From: Candidatus Latescibacterota bacterium
Lineage (GTDB): Bacteria; Latescibacterota; UBA2968
Reading direction: 5' to 3'
Length of the DNA: 64,000 bases
Assembly (NCBI GenBank): GCA_965204745.1
Contig: OZ242010.1
Span: 992,001 to 1,056,000, forward strand
A model generated the notes under the pieces. That model saw nothing but the letters and a program-made list of their open reading frames with translations. It was not told where the DNA came from and did no database searches. How positions within the stretch are numbered: position 1 is the first letter of the stretch; every line of letters starts with the position of its first letter. Of the stretch, positions 1 through 9,359 are shown one piece after another. The position numbers and the translations under genes are program-made.

Positions 1-894
1 ATGGGCGGATGGGCCGCGATTCGCGCGCAGATACCGGACGACCAGTTTTATCTGTATCCCCGCGACGCGGGCCTGACCTCATGGGCGGCATACATGCGGG
101 ATTGGTTGGTGATCGGCTTGGGCAATCTCGCCGGGCAAGATCTGTTGCAACGCAGTCTGTCCAGCCGCAATGAGTCCATCGCGCAAAACAGCGCGTATTT
201 GTCGGGGGTGATTTATCTGACCGTGGGCATGTTGCCGGTGTTTCTCGGCATGGCAGCCACGCTCACCTTTCCCAATTTGGAGGATCCCGAGCAGGTGATG
301 ATGAAACTCGCACAGACCTATCTGCCCCCGCTGGGCATCGCGGTGTTTCTCGGCGCGTTGATCTCCGCGCTGATGAGCAGTGCAGACAGTGCGTTGCTCG
401 CGCCCGCCAGCGTGATCGGCAATGATTTGATTCGGTATGTGCGCCCGGATATCGACGCGCAAACCCAACTTCGCCTGTGCCGCCTCTGCGTGCCCATTCT
501 CGGCGTGGTCGCGCTGTATCTCGCGCTTTCGCACAATACGGTGTACACGCTGATGGTCGATTCGTGGTCCGTGTTGCTAGCGACGCTTTTCGTGCCGTTC
601 ACCGCGGGGATCTGGTGGCCCAAGGCCAATCGCTCGGGCGCGCTTTGGGCGATGATCGCCGGGGCGATTGCCTATCTCATTTTGCACAAACTCGCGCCGG
701 ATCAGCCCGCGGATCTCCTCGCGGTTCCAGTCGGAATCCTCGCGCTCATCATCGGCAGCAAAGCCACGATCCAGACCGACCCGCCCCTGCCCATGTGCAA
801 CGCCGAAGGCGCGCCGCTCGCATATCACAATCGCTTGGGCGTCCTCAACCCGTTTCGCAATTCGCCAGGAGATGATTTTCATGACCGCGCTTAA
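1..894 (+). CDS. Sodium:solute symporter (SSS) family protein, 5'-truncated by window edge
   Basis: Multiple TM helices; motifs GQDLLQR and SALMSSADSALLA typical of SSS/choline-proline symporters. Confidence 0.85.
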   Translation: MGGWAAIRAQIPDDQFYLYPRDAGLTSWAAYMRDWLVIGLGNLAGQDLLQRSLSSRNESIAQNSAYLSGVIYLTVGMLPVFLGMAATLTFPNLEDPEQVMMKLAQTYLPPLGIAVFLGALISALMSSADSALLAPASVIGNDLIRYVRPDIDAQTQLRLCRLCVPILGVVALYLALSHNTVYTLMVDSWSVLLATLFVPFTAGIWWPKANRSGALWAMIAGAIAYLILHKLAPDQPADLLAVPVGILALIIGSKATIQTDPPLPMCNAEGAPLAYHNRLGVLNPFRNSPGDDFHDRA

Positions 895-1600
895 AAAAAT
901 CGAACAAACCGATGCGCGATTCGCGCCTGCTTATGGGATTTCAGAAGCGGCTCGCCACCTCGGCATTCCGCGCTCTACCCTCTGGTCTTGGACCTCGGGG
1001 ATTCAGGGTGGCTCTGACCGCGGCAATTTTGAACCGGTTATTCTCGTACCCCCATCAGAGATCGTACAACTGTCCTTTGTCAACTTGGTGGAGGCCCATG
1101 TCTTGGTGGCACTTCGCAGAGTTCACAAGGTGCGGTTGCAGGATATTCGGGTAGCACTTGACACGCTTGAAAAACAGTTTCCCGGGAAAACGAAGCATCC
1201 GTTGGCTTTTCAGTCTTTTGCGACGGATGGCAAATATCTGTTTCTCAAGCATCTCGGGCAACTCATCAACCTTTCCAAACGCGGGCAACTGGAAATAGCA
1301 AAGGTCATCGACATGTATCTCCACCGCATTGAGTATGATGCGGGTGGCCCCGTTGTCTTGTATCCCTTTACGCGAGATCCATTCCTGAAAGATGATCAGC
1401 CGAGAGCTGTTTCGATGAATCCATATATTTCTTTTGGGCGTCCCGTGCTCGCGGGAAGAGGCGTGCCGACTGAAATTGTCTTTGAGCGGTTCAATGCGGG
1501 AGAGTTGATCAAAGCACTGGCGAAGGATTATGGACACAAGAGGTGGGAGATTGAAGAAATTATCCGGTACGAATCGGCCAGAAGCCGAAAGGCCGCTTGA
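881..1600 (+). CDS. DUF433-domain antitoxin (VapB45-like)
   Basis: N-terminal HTH (YGISEAARHLGIPRSTLWSW), LSFVNLVEAHVL, C-terminal DUF433 motif NPYISFGRPVLAGRGVPT...LAKDYG; ATG at 881 with AGGAG upstream. Confidence 0.85.
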   Translation: MTALKKIEQTDARFAPAYGISEAARHLGIPRSTLWSWTSGIQGGSDRGNFEPVILVPPSEIVQLSFVNLVEAHVLVALRRVHKVRLQDIRVALDTLEKQFPGKTKHPLAFQSFATDGKYLFLKHLGQLINLSKRGQLEIAKVIDMYLHRIEYDAGGPVVLYPFTRDPFLKDDQPRAVSMNPYISFGRPVLAGRGVPTEIVFERFNAGELIKALAKDYGHKRWEIEEIIRYESARSRKAA

Positions 1601-2018
1601 CCTTCCGCCCATTTTTGTGGATCGCGCTCTTGACAGTCCGCGTTTTGTCGAGCCATTGAAGGCAACACAGATCAGGATTGGACATCTCGCCGGGTTTCTG
1701 GAGATTTACGCTCACAACGACCTTTTCGCTCCGGATACGCCCGATGAAATATGGATCAGGCATTGTGGACAAAACGGATGGATCGCATTTACAAAAGATC
1801 GGGCGATCAAATATCGGCAACTGGAAAAACAGGCCGTTCAAGCCTATAACGCACGGCTTTTTAACTTGGCAACGCGCAAGAATATGACCGCAGGGGAAAA
1901 TGCCCAGGCGTTTATCAAGGCGATTCCGCGAATTGCACAGTTCGTAAGGCGACACGATCCACCTTTTATTGCCAAGGTCTCTCGGGACAGCAAGGTCGAA
2001 ATGGCTAGCGATCTGTAA
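1530..2018 (+). CDS. PIN-like toxin (VapC45-like); true start uncertain, probably near 1596
   Basis: IFVDRAL...PDEIWI...GWIAFTKDRAIKY pattern of VapC45 PIN-like proteins; overlaps 3' end of DUF433 gene. Confidence 0.8.
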   Translation: MDTRGGRLKKLSGTNRPEAERPLDLPPIFVDRALDSPRFVEPLKATQIRIGHLAGFLEIYAHNDLFAPDTPDEIWIRHCGQNGWIAFTKDRAIKYRQLEKQAVQAYNARLFNLATRKNMTAGENAQAFIKAIPRIAQFVRRHDPPFIAKVSRDSKVEMASDL

Positions 2019-2025
2019 AAGTCAG

Positions 2026-2064
2026 AAGGCGCGATTCCAAGGTAAAGGAACCGCGCCTATTTTT
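2026..2064 (+). terminator. Putative intrinsic terminator after TA operon
   Basis: aggcgcg-attcc...ggaa-ccgcgcct imperfect stem followed by T-tract. Confidence 0.5.
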
Positions 2065-2109
2065 GTGTACGGTCTGCAAACAAAGCATCACCTTGTCCGA
2101 GGCTGGGAT

Positions 2110-2304
2110 TCATTTTTTTCGCCTATAAATCATCCAATAAAATCCACTAAATGCGAAAGCACCTACAATGCTACTCATTATTAAGATGAGATCATTGAGG
2201 TGCATCGGCATAAATAGCACAGTGAGGAAGATTGGACCAAAAAAACCTCCTGTGATGAAATTAAGCAACAATTGCCACCAAAAAGAAGAATGGGATTTTT
2301 TCAT
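2110..2304 (-). CDS. Small two-TM membrane protein (candidate immunity protein)
   Basis: 64 aa, two hydrophobic helices, basic C-terminus YRRKK, low GC, downstream of double-Gly peptide. Confidence 0.5.
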   Translation of the reverse strand: MKKSHSSFWWQLLLNFITGGFFGPIFLTVLFMPMHLNDLILIMSSIVGAFAFSGFYWMIYRRKK

Positions 2305-2425
2305 TTTCCAGCTCTTTAGAAACTGATGTTACGCATTCGGTCCGCAACCACTCCGGCTCATGCACAAGCACAATGAAAAAAGTCGCTGGATTACTGCGTT
2401 GTGCTTGTGCATGGCTACTTTGGTA

Positions 2426-2788
2426 TTATCCACCATACCCTTTACCGGGATACCATCCAGCTTTTACGCCATTCTCGAAATCTGTAATAGCATCTGATGC
2501 TACATCTAAGACACTATCACAGGTATCAATTATTGCGCTACCAATTTGCTCAAATTTTCCAAAAGTGGCATATACAACAGGAGGCATCCCTCTATTGAGA
2601 GCTTGCTGAGCTGCCCTCTGGACCTTTGGAAGATTTTCTAAAACGTATTGAACCAACCGAGGATTACCACCTTGAAGTCCACTTAAATCGCTTGCGGTTA
2701 AATCTTCTTCCCGCAGGGATAAAGATACACAATTCAAAAAAAATTGTTGAGGGACTGTTGTCAGGCGATTTGCCAACATTTGAGTCAT
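2426..2788 (-). CDS. Double-glycine leader peptide precursor (bacteriocin-like)
   Basis: RBS aaggag; leader ends EEDLTASDLSGLQGG (residue 41); core ends DFENGVKAGWYPGKGYGG. Confidence 0.55.
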   Translation of the reverse strand: MTQMLANRLTTVPQQFFLNCVSLSLREEDLTASDLSGLQGGNPRLVQYVLENLPKVQRAAQQALNRGMPPVVYATFGKFEQIGSAIIDTCDSVLDVASDAITDFENGVKAGWYPGKGYGG

Positions 2789-3400
2789 GATTCATTCTCC
2801 TTGAAAAAATTTACTCCGAATAAGTTGCAAAGTCAACTTAAAATGATGGAGTAAAAAGTCTATCCAAAACTGATTCTACCAAATCCCTATAGGTCACGAA
2901 TAGAGTTGATTACCTAGGGACTGATACGATTCGTCTCGTCATCTCTTTCACCTCCTTTCTTCAACATCTCAGCACAAGCAACATCTTTCGGGTGTCAAGT
3001 GTCAATTTAGGGCACCCTGGGCCTGTCGCTGATATGTCGAATTTTGCGAAGCGTTTAGTGGGCAGTGTCGCGTGCCCAACAGGCCGGCTTCAACTTCGTT
3101 TGAATGTCACGTCACATGTAACATATCTCGCAATTGCTGTGCCACTTTTTTAAAAAAACAAAAAAAGTGCCTTAGAATATTCTAAGGCACAATAAAACAA
3201 GGGTATACGTGAAGTGTCTGCAAATGCCTGCTGAGAGGCGACGAGAGCAGATGGATCACAATTTACAGGACAGAATGGGTCACAGGCGTGCGACCATGTG
3301 GCTTTTATCTATCAAAGCGCGTAAAATCAATAGGTTGCGAATATGTACATTTTGTTTTATCGCAATTTGAAAAATTAAAAAATAATGACTAAAAAATAAA

Positions 3401-4162
3401 TCATCGCCCCGTGCGGAGGCGGTTGATTTTGCTCGCTGCGACACCCGCGCCAAAGCCGTTGTCGATGTTGACCACGGTCACACCGGCCGCGCAACTGTTC
3501 AGCATGCCCAACAGCGCGGCCAACCCGTTGAAACTCGCCCCATAGCCCACGCTGGTCGGCACGGCGATGATCGGCACGGCGACCAGGCCCCCCACCACGC
3601 TGGGCAACGCCCCTTCCATACCAGCCACCACCACGATGACACTGGCATCCAAGAGACGGTCTCGGCAGGCCAGCAAGCGGTGGATCCCGGCGACGCCCAC
3701 GTCGTATAGGGTTTCGACCGCATTGCCCATGATCCGTGCGGTTTCCACGGCTTCTTCTGCGACTGGCAAATCGGAGGTGCCCGCGGCCACGATGAGGATT
3801 TCGCCGATGGTTTCTGCGTTGGGTATTGCGCCGGGAACGACGACTGTGCGCGCGAGGGCGTTGACGTGTGCGGCGGGATGGTGGGCAACTAGGGCCTCGC
3901 GCATGTCGGCAGTGGTGCGCGTTGCGAGCAGTGCGGTGCCGGATGAGAGGATGCGCTCGGCGATGGCGACGACCTGATCGACGGTCTTGCCTTCGCAAAA
4001 GATCACTTCGGGAAACCCCTGCCGCAGGGTGCGGTGGTGGTCGATGCGCGCAAACCCGAGTTCTTCAAACGGCAAGTGCGCGAGTTGGGCGCATGCAGCG
4101 TCTGTGTCGATTTGGCCCTGGGCCACAGCCTCTAAGAGGGCGCGGATGCGTTCGGGTGTCAC
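3401..4162 (-). CDS. larB: Nickel-pincer cofactor biosynthesis protein LarB (PurE-like)
   Basis: [64 protein letters not shown]. Confidence 0.93.
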   Translation of the reverse strand: MTPERIRALLEAVAQGQIDTDAACAQLAHLPFEELGFARIDHHRTLRQGFPEVIFCEGKTVDQVVAIAERILSSGTALLATRTTADMREALVAHHPAAHVNALARTVVVPGAIPNAETIGEILIVAAGTSDLPVAEEAVETARIMGNAVETLYDVGVAGIHRLLACRDRLLDASVIVVVAGMEGALPSVVGGLVAVPIIAVPTSVGYGASFNGLAALLGMLNSCAAGVTVVNIDNGFGAGVAASKINRLRTGR

Positions 4163-5022
4163 GCCGTCTCCTCCTCCGGATAATTTTCTCGCGCTTCAAG
4201 TAGAACTTTGGACAGTTGGGCCGCGAATTTGACCTGGCTGTTGTCTTCGGGTTCGTAGCCGATTTTTTTGCGCGCATTGGAGATGGTCCAAAAGTTGTGC
4301 GCGTTGCCGCTGATGCCGTAAAAGATCTGAAAGGGGATGCCGTAGTCGTTTTCGATGGTTTCGGCTTCGATGCTTTTGACGATCAGTTGCACTTGGTCCC
4401 GAATGCTCAAGTACGCGCCTAGGCCGCGGTGCATGCGTTTTAGGTCGCTGGCTTTGGCGCGGTCCATGTCGGTTTCGCGCGGGCCGCCGATGCGAATTTG
4501 CACGTTTTCCAATTTTTGCCCCGCGTTCATCAAGCCGGCGGCAAAGGTGAAGCCCAACAACTCGTATTGCGCTTTTGCCCAGCCGTAAAAGTTGTCGGAG
4601 AGCGGGTACATTTCCGGGGTGACAAATTCCTGCCTGCCCGCCCAGATCGAGTTTTCGTAGTAATCCGCCGCGTGGTTGGAACTGATGATCACGGCGCGGC
4701 GGACTCCTTCCTCCACGCAAGTCTGATACACGTTGTGGGCCATGTCGATGTTCTGCATCTCTGTCCAGAACCGGTCTTCCGAGTTTTGGGCGCGGACGAA
4801 CCCGCAATGGATGATCGCGTCTTGCCCCCTGAAATGCGCTCGGTACGCTTCCCTGTCTCGGTTGGTCAAATCCGCGATGACCACGTCGGGCACTTCCTCG
4901 CCTTCTCGGTTGGTCGTTTTCACGTCTAAGATGGTCAGGTTATACCGCTCGCGAAGGGCGGGCAACATTCGCCCGGCCACGTAGCCCGAGCCGCCGGTGA
5001 TTAAGACGTTTCGTTTTGCCAT
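4159..5022 (-). CDS. NAD-dependent epimerase/dehydratase (uronate dehydrogenase-like extended SDR)
   Basis: ITGGSGYVA Rossmann motif, SSNHA, YGWAK. Confidence 0.85.
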   Translation of the reverse strand: MAKRNVLITGGSGYVAGRMLPALRERYNLTILDVKTTNREGEEVPDVVIADLTNRDREAYRAHFRGQDAIIHCGFVRAQNSEDRFWTEMQNIDMAHNVYQTCVEEGVRRAVIISSNHAADYYENSIWAGRQEFVTPEMYPLSDNFYGWAKAQYELLGFTFAAGLMNAGQKLENVQIRIGGPRETDMDRAKASDLKRMHRGLGAYLSIRDQVQLIVKSIEAETIENDYGIPFQIFYGISGNAHNFWTISNARKKIGYEPEDNSQVKFAAQLSKVLLEARENYPEEETA

Positions 5023-5051
5023 GGTTGCTCCTCGTAGAATTGATCACGCGG

Positions 5052-6164
5052 TTATTGTGCTGTCTTGTCGGTATCATGATGGGGCTTGAGGTGCTTTTCC
5101 AAAAATTGTGCGGACATTTCAAAGAGCGAGGCCGCGCTGTCTCGCGTGGCGTTGCGAAAGCTGTGATCGGCATTGACGACTTTGTAAAGCGTGACATCTA
5201 GCCCCGCTTTTTTCATTGCTGCATAGAGGAGTTCGCTTTGGTTATAGGGCACGGACAGGTCTTTCTCCCCGTGCATGATGAGCATGGGCGGGTCGTTTTT
5301 GCTGACGTACGCGATGGGATTGGCCGCGGCGACTTTCTCTTTGTGTTCCTGAATGGGGCCACCGATCAAGCGGGATTCAGGGGAATCGGCTGAGTCGTGG
5401 TCGATGCGGCCCTCAAAGTCATTCATACGCAAAAAATCCGTAGGCCCAAACCAGTTGCAGACCGCCTGCACGCGGCTCGAATACTGGCTGTGGTCGGGGG
5501 TTTCAAACGCCATTTCGTCGTGCGTCAACCCCATCAGGGCGACGAGATGACCGCCGGCAGATGACCCCCACGCGCCGATGCGGTCCGGATCGAGGTTGTA
5601 TTTTTTTGCATTTGCCCTGACCCAGCGCACGGCTGTTTTGCAATCTTCAATTTGTGCGGGAAACAGGGCTTCGCCGCTGAGGCGGTATTCCACGGCGACG
5701 ACTGCAAATCCGCGCGTGGTCATGTTGCGTGCGCGACCACCATTGCCCTTAGACCCGCCGCGCCAACCGCCGCCGTGAACCCAGATAACCACGGGCACAG
5801 GGGATGAGGTATCGGGCGGCAGGTAGAGGTCGAGGGGCAATTCTCTGTCCCCGACCTGCCCGTAGATCAGGTCTCGATAGACAGTGACGCCTTCTGGGAT
5901 GTTCACGGTGTTCCTCCGTCTGTTGTTGCGAAAATGCACGTCTTCTTCAAGTGTGACAAAGCCATCTTTGTCCGCGTCGATCTGATCGAACAGACGGCGT
6001 TGTCGTTCGGGAAATTCCTCCCGCGACAATTTGCCGTCTTTATTTTTGTCATTGCGCAAAAAAAAACGCTCAGCCGCGCGTTGGGTGCGGTTTTCCGATT
6101 GCGTTTGAGCGATAGTCGGGCTGGTGATCAGCAGGGCGAGAGCGAGGATTGTGCAAGGTCTCAT
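5052..6164 (-). CDS. Secreted alpha/beta hydrolase (HSL/BD-FAE-type esterase) with N-terminal EF-hand pair
   Basis: Signal peptide; [12 protein letters not shown] and [14 protein letters not shown]-hands; HGGGW, GSSAG nucleophile, HGEKD, ADH. Confidence 0.88.
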   Translation of the reverse strand: MRPCTILALALLITSPTIAQTQSENRTQRAAERFFLRNDKNKDGKLSREEFPERQRRLFDQIDADKDGFVTLEEDVHFRNNRRRNTVNIPEGVTVYRDLIYGQVGDRELPLDLYLPPDTSSPVPVVIWVHGGGWRGGSKGNGGRARNMTTRGFAVVAVEYRLSGEALFPAQIEDCKTAVRWVRANAKKYNLDPDRIGAWGSSAGGHLVALMGLTHDEMAFETPDHSQYSSRVQAVCNWFGPTDFLRMNDFEGRIDHDSADSPESRLIGGPIQEHKEKVAAANPIAYVSKNDPPMLIMHGEKDLSVPYNQSELLYAAMKKAGLDVTLYKVVNADHSFRNATRDSAASLFEMSAQFLEKHLKPHHDTDKTAQ

Positions 6165-6246
6165 GGTAGGGTCTCCTGGGCGAAGTTGCGGAACGGGGTA
6201 CAAGGAACTGACTAGGTTCTGTTGACATTTCATTTTTTTGACATTA

Positions 6247-6580
6247 CGCACAGATTAGCAAATGTGTTGCTTGCTCATTTAATGCGTTTGGTCCTACAGC
6301 TTCGTTGGTTGCCTCCGATGCCTTCGGCGACCTACTTTTTTTTTACAGCAAAAAAAAGTAGGCAAAAAATGCCGCTCTCAAACGCCGAGAGGCTTGCACA
6401 GCGCAAATCGCTTTTGTAACAGAACGATATGCGTCAGCCTGCAAAGTGGGTTGCATAATGGATGTTGGTTGCGAGACGGACTTGCGCGCTGTGCGTGATG
6501 GCTTTAGCTGATGGTTTTTTGCAAGGGCACTTGTTTGATGCCTTCTTTGAACTGCGGAACGTCAAGGCTTGATTTTCTCG
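6247..6580. repeat. ~334-bp dispersed non-coding repeat, copy 1
   Basis: Aligns by eye along its length with the reverse complement of 29582-29915; internal cctacttttt...aaaaagtagg hairpin. Confidence 0.85.
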
Positions 6581-6795
6581 ATAAACCGCTCAAGCCGGTG
6601 CATGGCTCGTAAATGTCAACACGACCTACTGACTTGCCAATATACGCAAGCGAAGCGTTTGTCGAAAGCGATTTGACGAGCGATTGTTTTTTATCGCATG
6701 TCGCGTTGCATCTTGATATATTGGGCTTTGATGGCGCGTCACATTTACCCTTTTGTGCTTTTTGTGGCGCATGCAAAAAATGAAAGGAGACGGTT

Positions 6796-7827
6796 ATGTT
6801 GAGAATTGCGATTGTCACGCCACCGCAGGCCGGGCAGCGGTGGACCCTGATGCGGCAATGCGGTGTCGAATGCGCGGTGGGCGGCATCAATTTGCGACCC
6901 AAGCCTGGTGCCGAGCCAGAGGAACAGCCGTGGGCCTATACGTCATTGGCAAAGGCAAAGGCCGAATACGAGGCGGGGGGCATTCCCCTCGAGGTCATTG
7001 AATCGCGCCCGCCGATGGAGAAGATCAAGATGGGCTTGCCGGGCAGGGACGAGGAAATTGAGGTCGTCTGCGAGTTGTTGCGGAACATGGGCAAGTTGGG
7101 GATTCCGGTTTGGTGCTATGCGTGGATGCCGATTTTGGGGGTGATTCGCACGTCGCGGTCCATCTCGTCGCGCGGCGGGGCGCATGTCAGCGGGTTTGAT
7201 CTCGACGCCCTGGATGCACAAGGGGATCCGACCGCACGTCCGATCCACAATATCGACGGGGTGCCGCTCGATGAGCAAGAGATAGACATGGGGTGCGTCA
7301 CAGAAGAACAGCAGTGGGACAATCTGAAGTATTTTTTGGAGCGCGTGGTGCCGGTGGCCGAAGAGGCCAATGTCAAGCTGGCCCTGCATCCGGATGACCC
7401 GCCGCTTTCGCCCATCCGCGGGATTGCGCGCATTATGAGCAACGTTGAAAATTACCAGAAACTCGTCGATCTCGTGCCGAGTCCGATGAATGGCATTGGG
7501 CTTTGTCAGGGCAATTTCACGCTGATGACCGATGATTTGCCCGGGGTGATTCGACATTTTGGCGAACAAAAGAAGATCCATTTTTTGCACATCCGAGACG
7601 TTGTGGGCAATCCCGAGAAATTTGAAGAGACATTCCACGACGACGGCAAGACCGACTTGGTCGAATGTTTGCGCGCCTATCGGGACATCGGGTTCGACGG
7701 CGTGTGCCGCCCGGACCACTACCCGAAGATGGGCGATGATCGCTATGGCGATGAACACGGCATCGCACGGCTCTTTGCCGTGGGATACTTGAAAGGCCTG
7801 CGAGAAGCGGTCTATGCCGAAGTTTGA
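6796..7827 (+). CDS. uxuA: Mannonate dehydratase family
   Basis: NMGKLGIPVWCYAWMP, LALHPDDPP, HFLHIRDV, RPDHYP; RBS aaggag. Confidence 0.85.
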   Translation: MLRIAIVTPPQAGQRWTLMRQCGVECAVGGINLRPKPGAEPEEQPWAYTSLAKAKAEYEAGGIPLEVIESRPPMEKIKMGLPGRDEEIEVVCELLRNMGKLGIPVWCYAWMPILGVIRTSRSISSRGGAHVSGFDLDALDAQGDPTARPIHNIDGVPLDEQEIDMGCVTEEQQWDNLKYFLERVVPVAEEANVKLALHPDDPPLSPIRGIARIMSNVENYQKLVDLVPSPMNGIGLCQGNFTLMTDDLPGVIRHFGEQKKIHFLHIRDVVGNPEKFEETFHDDGKTDLVECLRAYRDIGFDGVCRPDHYPKMGDDRYGDEHGIARLFAVGYLKGLREAVYAEV

Positions 7828-7926
7828 CAGCTCGGTGAATCACTCGCTTCGAGCAACAGTTCTATGTGTACCGGCTATATTATGGTAACGGTGCATCTAG
7901 GCGATAGATGGATGCTACGAAAACCA

Positions 7927-7957
7927 AAAAAGAGCGGGCGTGAATGCTCGCTCTTTT
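7927..7957. terminator. Bidirectional intrinsic terminator between uxuA and metK
   Basis: aaaaagagcgggc-gtgaat-gctcgctctttt. Confidence 0.7.
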
Positions 7958-8064
7958 GCGTTTCTATAGGCCAGTTCATCTGCGAAGGTGCGTCGGTTGA
8001 TAGACGGGGACTGACCACTTGGTGGCCGGGTCGGGCGGTAAGCTACGCCTGTGCGTCCATTCAT

Positions 8065-9228
8065 CTATTCGTCCCAGAGGCCAGCGGCCCTTTTTAGGGC
8101 GTTGGCCTTGTCGGTTTGTTCCCATGTAAATTCGGCGCGTCCGAAGTGACCGTACGCGGCGGTGGAACGGTAGATGGGGTTGGTCAAGTTGAGGGCCGCG
8201 ATAATGCCAGAGGGCGTCAGGTCGAAATGATCGTCGATGAGGGTAGCGATTTTTGATTCTGCGACTTTGCCCGTGCCAATCGTGTCGATGGCGACCGAGA
8301 CGGGTTTTGCCACCCCAATCGCGTACGCCAGTTGCACTTCGCACCGAGACGCGAGGCCCGCTTGGACGACATTTTTGGCGACCCAACGCGCGGCGTAGTG
8401 CGCGCTGCGATCCACTTTGCTCGGGTCTTTGCCGGAAAACGCGCCCCCGCCATGACGCCCCATGCCCCCGTACGTATCCACGATGATTTTGCGCCCGGTC
8501 AACCCGCAATCGCCGTGCGGCCCGCCCACCACAAATTTGCCGGTCGGGTTGACGTGATAGATCGTCTCCTCGTCCAAGAGATGCGCGGGCACCACCTCGC
8601 GGATCACTTTGCTTTTGATGTCGCGCACAATCTGATCGTGGGCGATGTTTTCATCGTGTTGCGTGGAGACGACGACTGTGTGGACGCGGCGCGGTTCGTC
8701 TCCGTCGTATGCCACGGTCACTTGTGCTTTGGCGTCTGGGCGCAAGTACGACAGGCCGTTGTCCTTGCGGATTTGCGCGAGTTCGCGCACCAAGTTGTGC
8801 GACAGGGCAATGGGCAGCGGCATCAGTTCTGGGGTTTCCCGGCACGCATAGCCAAACATCATCCCCTGATCGCCCGCGCCTTGCTCCGCGTGCAAGCCCT
8901 CGCCCGCGGTCACGCCTTGGGAAATATCGGGCGATTGCTGGTCCAATCGCACCATCACCTCGCAGCTTTTGTAATCGAAGCCATAGCTCGCATCTGTATA
9001 TCCAATGTCTTTGATCACGCCGCGCACCAGCGATTCAAAATCCACGACCGCGGCGCTGGTCACTTCGCCCGCGACCACCACGAGCCCGGTCGTCACCAGC
9101 GTTTCGCAGGCCACTCTGGAGTTGGGGTCTTGCGACAACATGGCGTCGAGCACGGCATCCGAAATTTGATCGGCCACCTTGTCCGGATGCCCTTCAGAAA
9201 CCGATTCAGACGTGAACAAACGGCTCAT
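8065..9228 (-). CDS. metK: S-adenosylmethionine synthetase
   Basis: [49 protein letters not shown]. Confidence 0.98.
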   Translation of the reverse strand: MSRLFTSESVSEGHPDKVADQISDAVLDAMLSQDPNSRVACETLVTTGLVVVAGEVTSAAVVDFESLVRGVIKDIGYTDASYGFDYKSCEVMVRLDQQSPDISQGVTAGEGLHAEQGAGDQGMMFGYACRETPELMPLPIALSHNLVRELAQIRKDNGLSYLRPDAKAQVTVAYDGDEPRRVHTVVVSTQHDENIAHDQIVRDIKSKVIREVVPAHLLDEETIYHVNPTGKFVVGGPHGDCGLTGRKIIVDTYGGMGRHGGGAFSGKDPSKVDRSAHYAARWVAKNVVQAGLASRCEVQLAYAIGVAKPVSVAIDTIGTGKVAESKIATLIDDHFDLTPSGIIAALNLTNPIYRSTAAYGHFGRAEFTWEQTDKANALKRAAGLWDE

Positions 9229-9359
9229 AAAAACGACTCCTGTCAAAAAATCAGCGCGATGGGGTACAACTGCGATAGTTGTTCATCTATACATCGTCGA
9301 TCTTTGGGCGGGCACGATACTGGCTTCGATACGTTGTAGGTTACGCCTGTGTTGCGTTC

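Noticed and set aside
6222-6419. Small ORFs within the 334-bp repeat
   Set aside because: Starts and stops differ between the two copies and no RBS is evident; treated as non-coding.
9229-9359. SAM riboswitch upstream of metK
   Set aside because: No recognisable SAM-I or SAM-II consensus in the short spacer.
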